From a virus (lineage: Duplodnaviria > Caudoviricetes), in the IMG/VR virus record IMGVR_UViG_3300020314_000013, positions 1 to 33,760 of that record: a stretch of 33,760 nucleotides of DNA. One strand, 5' to 3'. Positions within the stretch are counted from its first letter, which is position 1. The number at the start of each line of letters is the position of its first letter. Under the pieces are notes generated by a model. The model was given only the letters and a program-made list of their open reading frames with translations, made no database searches and had not been told where the DNA came from. Positions 18,621-26,922 of this stretch are shown here, in pieces. Both the position numbers and the translations under genes were made by a program.

Positions 18621-21386
18621 ATGGCAACTATATCAATAGCGGATAATGATGCAAGAGTTCAGTACACCCAAGCGGTTACTGCTGGATCTACTCAACTTAC
18701 AATTGATTTTCCATTCTTTAGTTTGGATGACATCAATGTAATTGTTACAAGTGCTGCTGGTGTAGATACAACATTAACTAGAGGATCTGGTACTGGAACC
18801 TTTGCTGTTAATGGTACTGCTGTAGACGATGGTTTTTCTGGTGGTAATATAACACTAGGAGATACATACGCCTCTGGTACAAAGTTTACTATATTTAGAG
18901 ATATAGCTGTTTCCAGAACTACGGACTTTCCTACATCTGGGCCATTTAACATATCTTCACTGAATACTGAGCTTGATCGCATTATTGCAATTGAGCAGGA
19001 GCTTGAGACAGCGATTACAAGAACGTTGTCTTTGCCCGACTCAGATACTACGACAACTCTTACATTGCCTAACGTTGATAATCGTAAAGGCAAAACCTTG
19101 GCTTTTAATGCTAGCAGCGGTGCTGTTGAAGCGGGACCAACTATAGCTGGCATTACTACTGTAAATGCTATGGCAGCCGATATAGCTGCATTAGCTGACA
19201 TTGAAGATGGAACTACAGCTACAGATGCTATATCTGGGCTTGCCGCAATCAAAGCTAACGTTACAACTGCCGCTGGTATATCCAGCAACATAACAACGGT
19301 TGCAGGGATACAAGCTAATGTGACATCCGTAGCTGGCAATGCCACGAACATAAATGCTGTTGCTAGTAATTCTTCTAATATTAATTCTGTTGCAAGTAAT
19401 GCTAGTAACATTAACTCTGCTGTGAGCAACGCTTCAAATATTAACTCGGCTGTAAGTAATGCAAGCAATATAAATACAGTCGCAGGAAATATTAGCAACG
19501 TTAATACAGTCGGAGGAATTAGCAGCGATGTGACCACTGTTGCGGGAATACAAGCTAACGTCACCACTGTAGCCGGTATCCAAGCAAATGTTACAACTGT
19601 AGCTGGTGTACAGGCTAACGTTACTACTGTAGCCGGAATTCATGGCAATGTAACGACTGTAGCTGGCATAAGCTCTGATGTTACTACATTGGCTAACGCT
19701 TTATCTGCAACGACAACATATGCTGTAACTGTAGCGAGTGTTGGCGGCTCGAACGTATTTGTTCTGGATGGTAGTAACAATCCAGCAATTCAGTTAGATC
19801 GTGGTAACACATATATATTTGATCAGTCTGATTCTAGCAATGCTGGTCATCCATTAGCTTTCAAAAACGGCAGCAGTTCTTATACGACAGGAGTTACTAG
19901 CACTGGCACACCAGGTCAGGCTGGCGCAAAAACAACGATTGTGGTGGATGCGGCTGCGCCATCTAGCGGCTTACTATATTATTGTACTGTTCACGGCAAC
20001 GCTATGGGCAACAGCATAACCACTGTGACAAGTAACTTTTCTGTGGTTGCCAGTAACATAGGCAATATCAATACTGTTGCTGGTGCTAATAGCAATATAA
20101 GTTCTGTCGCAGGTTCTATAGCTAATGTAAACACTGTGGCTAGTACGCTGACTGCTGTAAATTCATTTAACGATTTGTTCACGGCTGGGTCATCTGCGCC
20201 AGCATCTCCTAGTGATGGTGATTTGTGGTACGATACAACAAACAGCCAGCTAAAAGTTTATGTAGGATCGTCATTCCAGATTGCTGGTGCGTATCTGCAA
20301 GGCCTGACATCAACGCATGTGTTTACAGCTACAAGCAATCAAACGACTTTTACGACTGATGATGCAAGCCAAACTATGTCAATCTATGCGAATGGCAATA
20401 CGCTTGTGTTCAAAAATGGTATTCGTTTAGTCGAGGGTGCTAACGGATCAACAAACGACTATCATATATCTGGTAACAATGTAGTTCTAAATGCTGGTGC
20501 TACGGCTGGCGACATACTCTATGTTGAAGTATTTACTAAAGTAAGTACGACACAAGAAAACTCACTGAATGCTCTTGTTACTACGGCTCAAGGTCACGCT
20601 AACACTGCGACAACAAAAGCATCTGAAGCAACAACAGCTAAAACTGCGGCAGAGACAGCTCAAACTGCTGCTGAGACAGCAAAGACGGCTAGTGAAACTG
20701 CGAAGACTGCTAGTGAAACTGCAAAGACCGCATCGGAAGCAGCGCAAACTGCGGCTGAAGCAGCATTCGATTCTCTGGATGATAGATACCTTGGGGCAAA
20801 GTCGTCGGCTCCTTCAACAGACAACGATGGTAATGCGCTTGTTACTGGTGCGATTTATTGGAATAGCTCAAACAACAAGCTAAATGTCTGGGATGGATCA
20901 GCGTGGCAGCAAGGCGCATTTACGGCTGGTAGTTTGCTTGCCAATGTTGTTGAGGACACAACACCTGTGTTGGGAGGGTCGCTCGATGTTGGAACGAATA
21001 GTATTGTTTCTGTCAGCAACCGCGATATTAACATCACTCCTAATGGTTCTGGCTCTGTGGTTCTTGATGGATTAAACTATCCACAGGCAGACGGATCAAA
21101 CGGACAGTTTCTAAAGACAGATGGTTCAGGTCAGTTATCTTTCGGTACTGTGTCTACGCCAAGCTTATCTAGCCTGGGCATATCAAACCATGATAATCTT
21201 TCAGTAGATGGCAGTGGTAATGTTGCGTTAGGTTCAAGCAGTATAGCGTTTGGCAGTAGCAAGTGGACAATTGTCTTAGACGGCAATGATTTGGATTTCA
21301 AATACAACGGCACGACAGTATTCAAACTAGCCTCAAATGGGGCTGTAACATCTGCTGATAATATTACAGCTTACGGGAGTCCATAA
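18621..21386 (+). CDS. tail fibre protein (T7 gp17-like N-terminal anchor)
   Basis: 921 aa; IDFPFF...TIFRD..RTTDF...LNTELDRI anchor, repeat shaft, C-terminal DNITAYG. Confidence 0.88.
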   Translation: MATISIADNDARVQYTQAVTAGSTQLTIDFPFFSLDDINVIVTSAAGVDTTLTRGSGTGTFAVNGTAVDDGFSGGNITLGDTYASGTKFTIFRDIAVSRTTDFPTSGPFNISSLNTELDRIIAIEQELETAITRTLSLPDSDTTTTLTLPNVDNRKGKTLAFNASSGAVEAGPTIAGITTVNAMAADIAALADIEDGTTATDAISGLAAIKANVTTAAGISSNITTVAGIQANVTSVAGNATNINAVASNSSNINSVASNASNINSAVSNASNINSAVSNASNINTVAGNISNVNTVGGISSDVTTVAGIQANVTTVAGIQANVTTVAGVQANVTTVAGIHGNVTTVAGISSDVTTLANALSATTTYAVTVASVGGSNVFVLDGSNNPAIQLDRGNTYIFDQSDSSNAGHPLAFKNGSSSYTTGVTSTGTPGQAGAKTTIVVDAAAPSSGLLYYCTVHGNAMGNSITTVTSNFSVVASNIGNINTVAGANSNISSVAGSIANVNTVASTLTAVNSFNDLFTAGSSAPASPSDGDLWYDTTNSQLKVYVGSSFQIAGAYLQGLTSTHVFTATSNQTTFTTDDASQTMSIYANGNTLVFKNGIRLVEGANGSTNDYHISGNNVVLNAGATAGDILYVEVFTKVSTTQENSLNALVTTAQGHANTATTKASEATTAKTAAETAQTAAETAKTASETAKTASETAKTASEAAQTAAEAAFDSLDDRYLGAKSSAPSTDNDGNALVTGAIYWNSSNNKLNVWDGSAWQQGAFTAGSLLANVVEDTTPVLGGSLDVGTNSIVSVSNRDINITPNGSGSVVLDGLNYPQADGSNGQFLKTDGSGQLSFGTVSTPSLSSLGISNHDNLSVDGSGNVALGSSSIAFGSSKWTIVLDGNDLDFKYNGTTVFKLASNGAVTSADNITAYGSP
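19254..19700 (+). repeat. degenerate 30-bp (10-aa) tandem repeats, e.g. NVTTVAGIQA / NINSAVSNAS
   Basis: About 14 consecutive decapeptide repeats in the tail fibre, more at about 20045-20150. Confidence 0.85.
20601..20763 (+). repeat. 21-bp (heptad) repeats ETAKTAS/ETAQTAA
   Basis: Visible in translation; coiled-coil-like. Confidence 0.8.
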
Positions 21387-21619
21387 TGGCAACAACTAAA
21401 GCTCTAAAAATGGCTGACCTTATTGATAATAATGGTGATGTTCAAGCCGCAAACTTAGATAATGTGGCAGCATTCCCTTCTGGCTGGGATGCAGCATTGG
21501 ATGGCTCTGACATGGTTTTCAGATATACCTCTGGCGGTACAACTACTGAAGTATTTAAGATTACAACGGCTGGTGCTGTAATCGCCAAAGACAATATAAC
21601 AGCATACGGAACTCCATAA
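21386..21619 (+). CDS. short tail-fibre-tip paralog
   Basis: 77 aa; C-terminal half resembles the C-terminus of the upstream fibre. Confidence 0.7.
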   Translation: MATTKALKMADLIDNNGDVQAANLDNVAAFPSGWDAALDGSDMVFRYTSGGTTTEVFKITTAGAVIAKDNITAYGTP

Positions 21620-22728
21620 TGGCTATAGCAGCATCAGGCACAGTATCATTTAGTGATTTAAGAACTGAGTTTGTTGGCGGCTCGTCAGCAATTAGCTTGG
21701 GTGATTTATATCGTGGCGGTTCTAACATCTTGGCAAAAGCTGGGGATAATCCCTCAGTTAATCTAGCTGCGTCTGTTCCGACATCTGGCACAATAGACAT
21801 TGGTGATTTTCACGGCACAGCTAAAGGTTTTAAGAGTACTATTAGTAGCACCACAACAAATTTAGTTGCGAATACTTTGTTTGGTGATGACTACGATGTT
21901 AATTATCCTAAAATTATTGATATTAATTCTGGTGTAACTATTGGCGGTGTTAGTTCTGAGGCTTTGACTATTCCATCAGGATTAGCTGGTGGTCTGACAA
22001 TCAACAATGCTGGTAATATTTATGGTGCTGGCGGCGTAGCCAACGGCGGCGATGGCAGGGTTGCAGTTTACAATCAATCATCAGGTGTAACTATTAACAA
22101 CACTGGCGAAATTCGTGGTGGCGGCGGAGGCGGAGGAATTGGCGGAGCAGGTGGGGCTGGTGGCCAAGGTTCATACATAACCATTAGCTACTCTTATTCA
22201 CATGGCTGCACTGCTTGGTGGTGCTATGCTACTACTAGCACTCCGGGCGATTGCGGACTTGTGATTGGTTGTAGTCATGGAATCGGTAGACCAATACCTA
22301 ACGCTACAACTCAATATGGTAATTATTATAAAGGATCATATGCTCAATATGGAGGCTCCACTCAAGCTGGTTTTCAATTAGGTGTAGGTACCACTAATTA
22401 TTCATCAGGTGGTGCTGGTGGAGCAGGTGGCACACCCGGCGCAGGACAAGGTTATAATCAATCGGCTGGTACTGGCGGTGCTGGATCGGCTGGTGCTAGT
22501 GGCAGTAATAATTCTGGTGCTGGCGGCCAAGGCGGAAATGGCGGAAATGGCGGCAGTTGGGCCACGGCTGGCCAAGCTGGTTCTGCTGGAAATACTGGTG
22601 CTAATGGAAATTACGGTAATGGTTCTGCTGGTGCTGGCGGCGGTGCTGCGGGTGCTGCTGGTGCAGCCGTATCTGGTACATCAGTAACTATGAACAATAC
22701 TGGTACAATAAGCGGAACAGTAGCCTGA
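21619..22728 (+). CDS. glycine-rich receptor-binding adhesin (T-even gp38-like)
   Basis: SGTVSFSDLRTEF..ISLGDLYRGG N-terminus; TINNAGNIYGAGG, INNTGEIRGGGGGG, polyglycine segments. Confidence 0.75.
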   Translation: MAIAASGTVSFSDLRTEFVGGSSAISLGDLYRGGSNILAKAGDNPSVNLAASVPTSGTIDIGDFHGTAKGFKSTISSTTTNLVANTLFGDDYDVNYPKIIDINSGVTIGGVSSEALTIPSGLAGGLTINNAGNIYGAGGVANGGDGRVAVYNQSSGVTINNTGEIRGGGGGGGIGGAGGAGGQGSYITISYSYSHGCTAWWCYATTSTPGDCGLVIGCSHGIGRPIPNATTQYGNYYKGSYAQYGGSTQAGFQLGVGTTNYSSGGAGGAGGTPGAGQGYNQSAGTGGAGSAGASGSNNSGAGGQGGNGGNGGSWATAGQAGSAGNTGANGNYGNGSAGAGGGAAGAAGAAVSGTSVTMNNTGTISGTVA

Positions 22729-22868
22729 TGACTGCTGATGAACGATATGAGATTTGCAAGGCTTGTGAGTTTTTTAGATCAATTATTAAGCAATGCAAAA
22801 AATGTGGTTGTTTTATACCACTTAAAATTAAACTGGAAGGGCAGCAATGCCCAATGAGGAAATGGTAA
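22728..22868 (+). CDS. small Cys-rich protein, 46 aa (DUF6171-like; not in ORF track)
   Basis: MTADERYEICKACEFFRSIIKQCKKCGCFIPLKIKLEGQQCPMRKW; TGATG and TAATG overlaps. Confidence 0.75.
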   Translation: MTADERYEICKACEFFRSIIKQCKKCGCFIPLKIKLEGQQCPMRKW

Positions 22869-23230
22869 TGACTGATTATAGTATTGAAAAAATTGAGAAT
22901 GGCATTGCCACAGTGCGGTATGCGGATGATAGTTGGGCTGAGTTGGTTCTTTCAAAAGATATGAAAGAAGCTGACCTTGATGATCTGGCTCATAAGTTTG
23001 CACCGAGACAAGGTGTTGCTCCTAGCTTTGCAAAGGCTGGTTTTAAGTCCACAGCAAGTGCTTTGCCGATTGAGGAAGAGGAAGCTGTTACGTTTCCAGA
23101 TTGGCTTAAAGCAAGAATAGATGCATACGGTACACCACACAGTCAAATTGAATACATCACAGAGAATGGGCTTGATAAGTGGCAAGAGCATGTTGCTAAG
23201 ATAAAAGCCGATAATCCAAAGCCAGAGTGA
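22868..23230 (+). CDS. probable tail-fibre-associated/assembly protein
   Basis: ATG 22868 coupled; C-terminal RIDAYGT..Q....WQEHVAKIKADNPKP typical of proteins next to tail fibres. Confidence 0.6.
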   Translation: MTDYSIEKIENGIATVRYADDSWAELVLSKDMKEADLDDLAHKFAPRQGVAPSFAKAGFKSTASALPIEEEEAVTFPDWLKARIDAYGTPHSQIEYITENGLDKWQEHVAKIKADNPKPE

Positions 23231-23233
23231 TAA

Positions 23234-23803
23234 ATGGAGCCGATAACAACAGCTATCGCTGCGGTTACTGCGGCTTCAAATGCAATAGGGTTTATCAAGG
23301 CTCGAATCAATGATGTTCAATCTGTTGCTGATATTTCAGACCAAATCGGAACATTATTCTCGGCGCAAAAAAAGCTCAACGAAGAACGTAATAAACAAGC
23401 TGGTGTTGGTGACATCAACATTCGCAGTTCGATTGATGCAGTTCTTGAATCCAAAAAACTTAATGAGCAGATGCAAGAAATCGCTACGATGATTAATATG
23501 CGTTGGCCTAAGCCAGCAGACCAACCAAGCACATGGCAGGAGATACTTAATCATCATAATCAGAAACTCAGGGAACAAAAAGAAGCGGTTAAGAAAGCGC
23601 AAATTGAAGCGGCTCGTAGGCAACAAGAAATCTCAGAGACAATTAAAACGTGTGCAATTATCTTCTGTGTACTCTTGGTAGCTATTTTTCTTTTCGCTGT
23701 TATGTTTATGACAATAGCTCGTAGTGTTGAGGGTGAACGGTATGATTACAGTAGAACAGTTTTTAAGATGGAAAGTCCTACCACGTTTTATGATGTTGGC
23801 TAG
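23234..23803 (+). CDS. hypothetical coiled-coil protein with C-terminal TM helix
   Basis: 189 aa; hydrophobic CAIIFCVLLVAIFLFAVMFM. Confidence 0.7.
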   Translation: MEPITTAIAAVTAASNAIGFIKARINDVQSVADISDQIGTLFSAQKKLNEERNKQAGVGDINIRSSIDAVLESKKLNEQMQEIATMINMRWPKPADQPSTWQEILNHHNQKLREQKEAVKKAQIEAARRQQEISETIKTCAIIFCVLLVAIFLFAVMFMTIARSVEGERYDYSRTVFKMESPTTFYDVG

Positions 23804-23948
23804 CACTGTAATGTCTTGGCGTTGTGCTGAATGGTTTATGTCACTTGATGATCCAACTGCATCACAGTCAGCTTTTGTTAGCGTTGTCATGGGCGTGATG
23901 ACAGGCGTGTTCGGCATTTGGATGGGGCATGAACACAAAAAGGAATAG
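23742..23948 (+). CDS. small 2-TM membrane protein (holin-like)
   Basis: ATG 23742 after GAGGGTG; WKVLPRFMML...PTASQSAFVSVVMGVMTGVFGIW. Confidence 0.6.
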   Translation: MITVEQFLRWKVLPRFMMLASTVMSWRCAEWFMSLDDPTASQSAFVSVVMGVMTGVFGIWMGHEHKKE

Positions 23949-23950
23949 CT

Positions 23951-24163
23951 ATGACCGATGAAAAGAAAAAGCCAATATCTGTAAACTTAGGTGAAAATAG
24001 TTTTGAATTAGTATTGCGAATATTGGGTAATGAATTTGTTGCCATCAAAATAGGTTCAACAAACTTTTCTGGCAAATTAATTGCTGGTGGTATTTTATTA
24101 TTGTTTTTCACATTTATGATTTTGGAGGTATTCGGTCTGTCACAGGTCATGGGTGTTGAGTGA
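23951..24163 (+). CDS. small membrane protein
   Basis: 70 aa, AAGGA RBS, one C-terminal TM. Confidence 0.65.
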   Translation: MTDEKKKPISVNLGENSFELVLRILGNEFVAIKIGSTNFSGKLIAGGILLLFFTFMILEVFGLSQVMGVE

Positions 24164-24567
24164 TGGCTACGAAGATAAGTGAAAACACAGAATTAGCTAT
24201 GCCAATCCGTAATTTGATTGCAATGGTTGTTGGTGCTGCCGTTGGGACTTGGGCATATTTTGGAGTGATTGAAAGACTGAATAGCATTGAAAATAAAATC
24301 ATTCTTATGGAAGCTGATTTAGGGCAGAACACAGAGTTCAGAATAAAATGGCCTAGAGGCGAAATGGGTAGTTTGCCAGCAGACAGCGAACAGTTTATGT
24401 TAATAGAACATTTGTCTGAGCAGCTTGCTAAATTGCAAGAGCAAATAGATGAAGGTCGTGCGCCACATGATCAACAGCAAAAGCTGACTTTAGATTTTTA
24501 TGAAAAGCGTCTTACTAATATTGAGGCGCAGATTGAAAAGATGAGGAACGGACAACGTGGTAACTGA
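24163..24567 (+). CDS. N-terminal TM + coiled-coil protein
   Basis: TGATG-coupled; LIAMVVGAAVGTWAYFGV followed by heptads. Confidence 0.65.
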   Translation: MATKISENTELAMPIRNLIAMVVGAAVGTWAYFGVIERLNSIENKIILMEADLGQNTEFRIKWPRGEMGSLPADSEQFMLIEHLSEQLAKLQEQIDEGRAPHDQQQKLTLDFYEKRLTNIEAQIEKMRNGQRGN

Positions 24568-24775
24568 AACAATTACACTGATACTCTATATGGGCGGTGA
24601 TATTGCAGAACATACAGCGTTTGAGAAAATATCAAAATGCCTTAAAACCAAACGAAAGATAGAGAGGAATCTCTACAAAAAATCTACATCTGTTAGGTAT
24701 GCTTGCGAAAACAAGACAGTTGTAATTGAAAAAAATGATGATGGTTCAAACTATATTGTTAGGATAATAGAATGA
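24557..24775 (+). CDS. hypothetical protein
   Basis: 72 aa, overlapping neighbours, two Cys. Confidence 0.6.
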   Translation: MVTETITLILYMGGDIAEHTAFEKISKCLKTKRKIERNLYKKSTSVRYACENKTVVIEKNDDGSNYIVRIIE

Positions 24776-24993
24776 TTGAAACATTTGTTTTGGTTATTTC
24801 TATGTGGGGTAACGATGGAAAAGATTGGCATTACATTGGAAATCAAATTGCACTGCAACAAGAAATGACAGAAGAACAATGTTTATATTTAGTTGATGAA
24901 GATATGTGGCAAGCTTCTTATGATAATAAATATTATCAATTAAAAGCACATTGTTTTCCAACAAGTTGTGCTGGAAAGGATGAGTGTAAATGA
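24772..24993 (+). CDS. hypothetical protein
   Basis: 73 aa, ATGA overlaps, four Cys. Confidence 0.6.
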   Translation: MIETFVLVISMWGNDGKDWHYIGNQIALQQEMTEEQCLYLVDEDMWQASYDNKYYQLKAHCFPTSCAGKDECK

Positions 24994-25385
24994 TACAAGC
25001 ATTGATTGGTCCTGTTTCTGGACTGTTAGATAAGTTTATTGAGGATAAAGACCAGAAGGCAAAGCTGGCTCACGAAATAGCCACCATGTCAGAAAAACAT
25101 GCCCAAGAAGCCTTACTCGCTCAGTTAGAAATAAATAAGGCAGAGGCGGCTAGTGGTAGTATATTTAAGGGCGGCTGGCGTCCGGCAGTTGGTTGGGTCT
25201 GTGCGATTGCGTTCGCATACCATTTTATCTTGAAAGATCTAATTATATTTGGAGCATCATTTGCTGGATTTGAGCTTCCAGAGCTTCCAGAGTTCGACAT
25301 GGGTACACTCTTGACTGTCTTAGGAGGTATGCTTGGGATCGGGGGACTCAGAACATATGAAAAGAAATCTGGCCTAACAAAGTAG
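24990..25385 (+). CDS. 3-TM holin (GTA-holin family)
   Basis: LLDKFIEDKDQKAKL, GGWRPAVGWVC, LGGMLGIGGLRTYEK. Confidence 0.82.
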   Translation: MIQALIGPVSGLLDKFIEDKDQKAKLAHEIATMSEKHAQEALLAQLEINKAEAASGSIFKGGWRPAVGWVCAIAFAYHFILKDLIIFGASFAGFELPELPEFDMGTLLTVLGGMLGIGGLRTYEKKSGLTK

Positions 25386-25586
25386 CGTAGATAGAATAGT
25401 TTTATTATTCAATCTCTCAAATCTTTTCTGCGCTCTTAGATTTCTAAACCTAAGATTTTCTTGATCTCTCCAAGTTGGTGCTACACTTAACAGTGCTGTT
25501 GTTGATTCTTGATATGTTTGAGTAACTGGTCTATAAACTTGACCATATTTATCAAATTCATCTGCTTTAGGATCATCTACAAACAT
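25374..25586 (-). CDS. hypothetical protein
   Basis: 70 aa; preceded by AAAGGGCTA, the same leader as gene 27992-28288. Confidence 0.5.
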   Translation of the reverse strand: MFVDDPKADEFDKYGQVYRPVTQTYQESTTALLSVAPTWRDQENLRFRNLRAQKRFERLNNKTILSTLLC

Positions 25587-25604
25587 AATGTGAATAGCCC
25601 TTTC

Positions 25605-25645
25605 TTCTCTTGTGTGGTTTTATATACTCCTCCTCCCCAAGAGAA
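25605..25645 (+). ncRNA. candidate cuckoo-like sRNA hairpin with anti-SD loop
   Basis: TTCTCTTG/CAAGAGAA 8-bp stem; loop contains CCTCCTCCC (25629-25637). Confidence 0.4.
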
Positions 25646-25649
25646 AACT

Positions 25650-25676
25650 GCCCCCCTTGACTGGGGGGCTTTTTTT
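25650..25676 (+). terminator. Rho-independent terminator ending the late region
   Basis: GCCCCCC-TTGACT-GGGGGGC followed by T7. Confidence 0.88.
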
Positions 25677-25720
25677 GCGTTATACAAATATTAACTGCTC
25701 TTAACGGCGGTTGTAGGGAT

Positions 25721-25762
25721 GAAGAGAGAGTGCAGTCTTAGTGATGTACTCTCTTTTCTTTT
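25721..25762 (+). terminator. second hairpin + short U-tract
   Basis: 14-bp stem 25721-25734/25745-25758 with two G-U pairs valid only on the + strand, then TTTT. Confidence 0.45.
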
Positions 25763-26184
25763 GTGTCATCGAAAAAATAAGGACGGTAGTCTTCTATCTC
25801 CTGTTTGACAGCCTGATGTAATATAGAAAGCGATGCCGCAGTACCAATAAACTTAACATCATCTCTCAATGTTTCAATAGACGTAAGAGGACTTACGCTA
25901 TCACCACCATCATCACAGCCTAGAAACAATCCTTTACCAGCAAGAGGTTGAGGATAGTTCTTGTGCATCCAGAATGTTTGAACTGGTGCGTACAAACCTT
26001 CGTCATCGATGTACACTCCGTCTTCATTTGCATAAAGCCTGACATGCCCGAATGTTGAGACTGGTGGTATTTCAGTAAGACCATCATTGTCGTATGATAT
26101 GAGATCATATATCTTTTTATAATCACCTGAGTATTTGACTTCGGTAATTTTTTGTTTCCAAGGATCTATAAGTAGGGATTTCAT
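25738..26184 (-). CDS. DUF3846-like protein
   Basis: LLIDP...YIDDEGL...LAGKGLFLG.DDGGDS. Confidence 0.65.
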   Translation of the reverse strand: MKSLLIDPWKQKITEVKYSGDYKKIYDLISYDNDGLTEIPPVSTFGHVRLYANEDGVYIDDEGLYAPVQTFWMHKNYPQPLAGKGLFLGCDDGGDSVSPLTSIETLRDDVKFIGTAASLSILHQAVKQEIEDYRPYFFDDTKEKRVHH

Positions 26185-26327
26185 TGTAGCACTCTGCTTT
26201 CTTTTTCAAATTTTGTACATATATTTGCTGTTTCATGGCAACGGAGGCATCGTTCGCTTCCGTCACCATAAATAATGAATGCACCATGAGTGATGTCAAC
26301 CCATGTACCACAGGACTGACACCTCAA
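26181..26327 (-). CDS. small zinc-finger protein (start uncertain)
   Basis: CQSCG...CLRC; fills gap after the annealase; TTG at 26327 assumed. Confidence 0.5.
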   Translation of the reverse strand: MRCQSCGTWVDITHGAFIIYGDGSERCLRCHETANICTKFEKESRVLQ

Positions 26328-26334
26328 TTGGCTT

Positions 26335-26922
26335 CTAAGACGCTTTGAGTTTGAGTTTGTTCTTTGCTTCTTTGAAGGCATTTGTAACACGCTGCTTAGA
26401 TGTTTGCGATAAGCCACCAATTCTGGTCTTGTTCGATACCCAACATGAGTCCAAGTCCTCGACATCAGCGGCGTTATTGAACTGATCGATAATGTCATCA
26501 TAATCATCCTCTGTTTCTAAAGGCAAGTCTTCACCCGCATACAGTGATAGTCCAAGGCCATGAAATGCAATTGCTTTGACAAGACAACGTTGAAGAGCCT
26601 TGTTTACTTCAGCACCAGTTGGATGTGTAAGAGATTCGTTCTTGTTACCCATAACATAATGTATCTCTGTGTGGGTAAGACCCTCAACTGTTACTGATAC
26701 AGCAACGTATGTATGACCCTTTGTGTCACGCATAAACGGCAAAGGATTGTCTTGATTGTCACGGAATGTGTGCTTTTCAAAAGTGGCACTAGGGTATTTG
26801 TCTTTTAGATATGCCCATGCCCATGCCCAGGATAAGTAAGTAAAATTTTTCTTTAGCTCTACCTGTTTGGTAACGTCTGTTTTGCTGAGTGTTTCCCAAA
26901 CTGCTTTACGTTCTTCATTCAT
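26335..26922 (-). CDS. DUF1071/Sak3-like single-strand annealing protein
   Basis: FTYLSWAWAW, VNKALQRCLVKAIAFHGLGLSLYAGED. Confidence 0.85.
   Translation of the reverse strand: MNEERKAVWETLSKTDVTKQVELKKNFTYLSWAWAWAYLKDKYPSATFEKHTFRDNQDNPLPFMRDTKGHTYVAVSVTVEGLTHTEIHYVMGNKNESLTHPTGAEVNKALQRCLVKAIAFHGLGLSLYAGEDLPLETEDDYDDIIDQFNNAADVEDLDSCWVSNKTRIGGLSQTSKQRVTNAFKEAKNKLKLKAS

Noticed and set aside
18692-19567. 291-aa minus-strand ORF and other long antisense ORFs (e.g. 813-1217, 15232-15450, 27438-27767, 31804-32064)
   Set aside because: Antisense shadows of real genes, with no RBS or recognisable motifs.
19254-19700. CRISPR-like array
   Set aside because: Repeats are in-frame, codon-degenerate 30-mers without unique spacers.
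18621-22728. Diversity-generating retroelement (suggested by the BPP-1-like structural genes)
   Set aside because: No reverse transcriptase and no TR/VR pair differing only at adenines. The tip duplication differs at all base types.
26328-26507. Upstream part of the 108-aa minus ORF
   Set aside because: Overlaps the annealase out of frame; only the Cys-containing 3' part looks coding.
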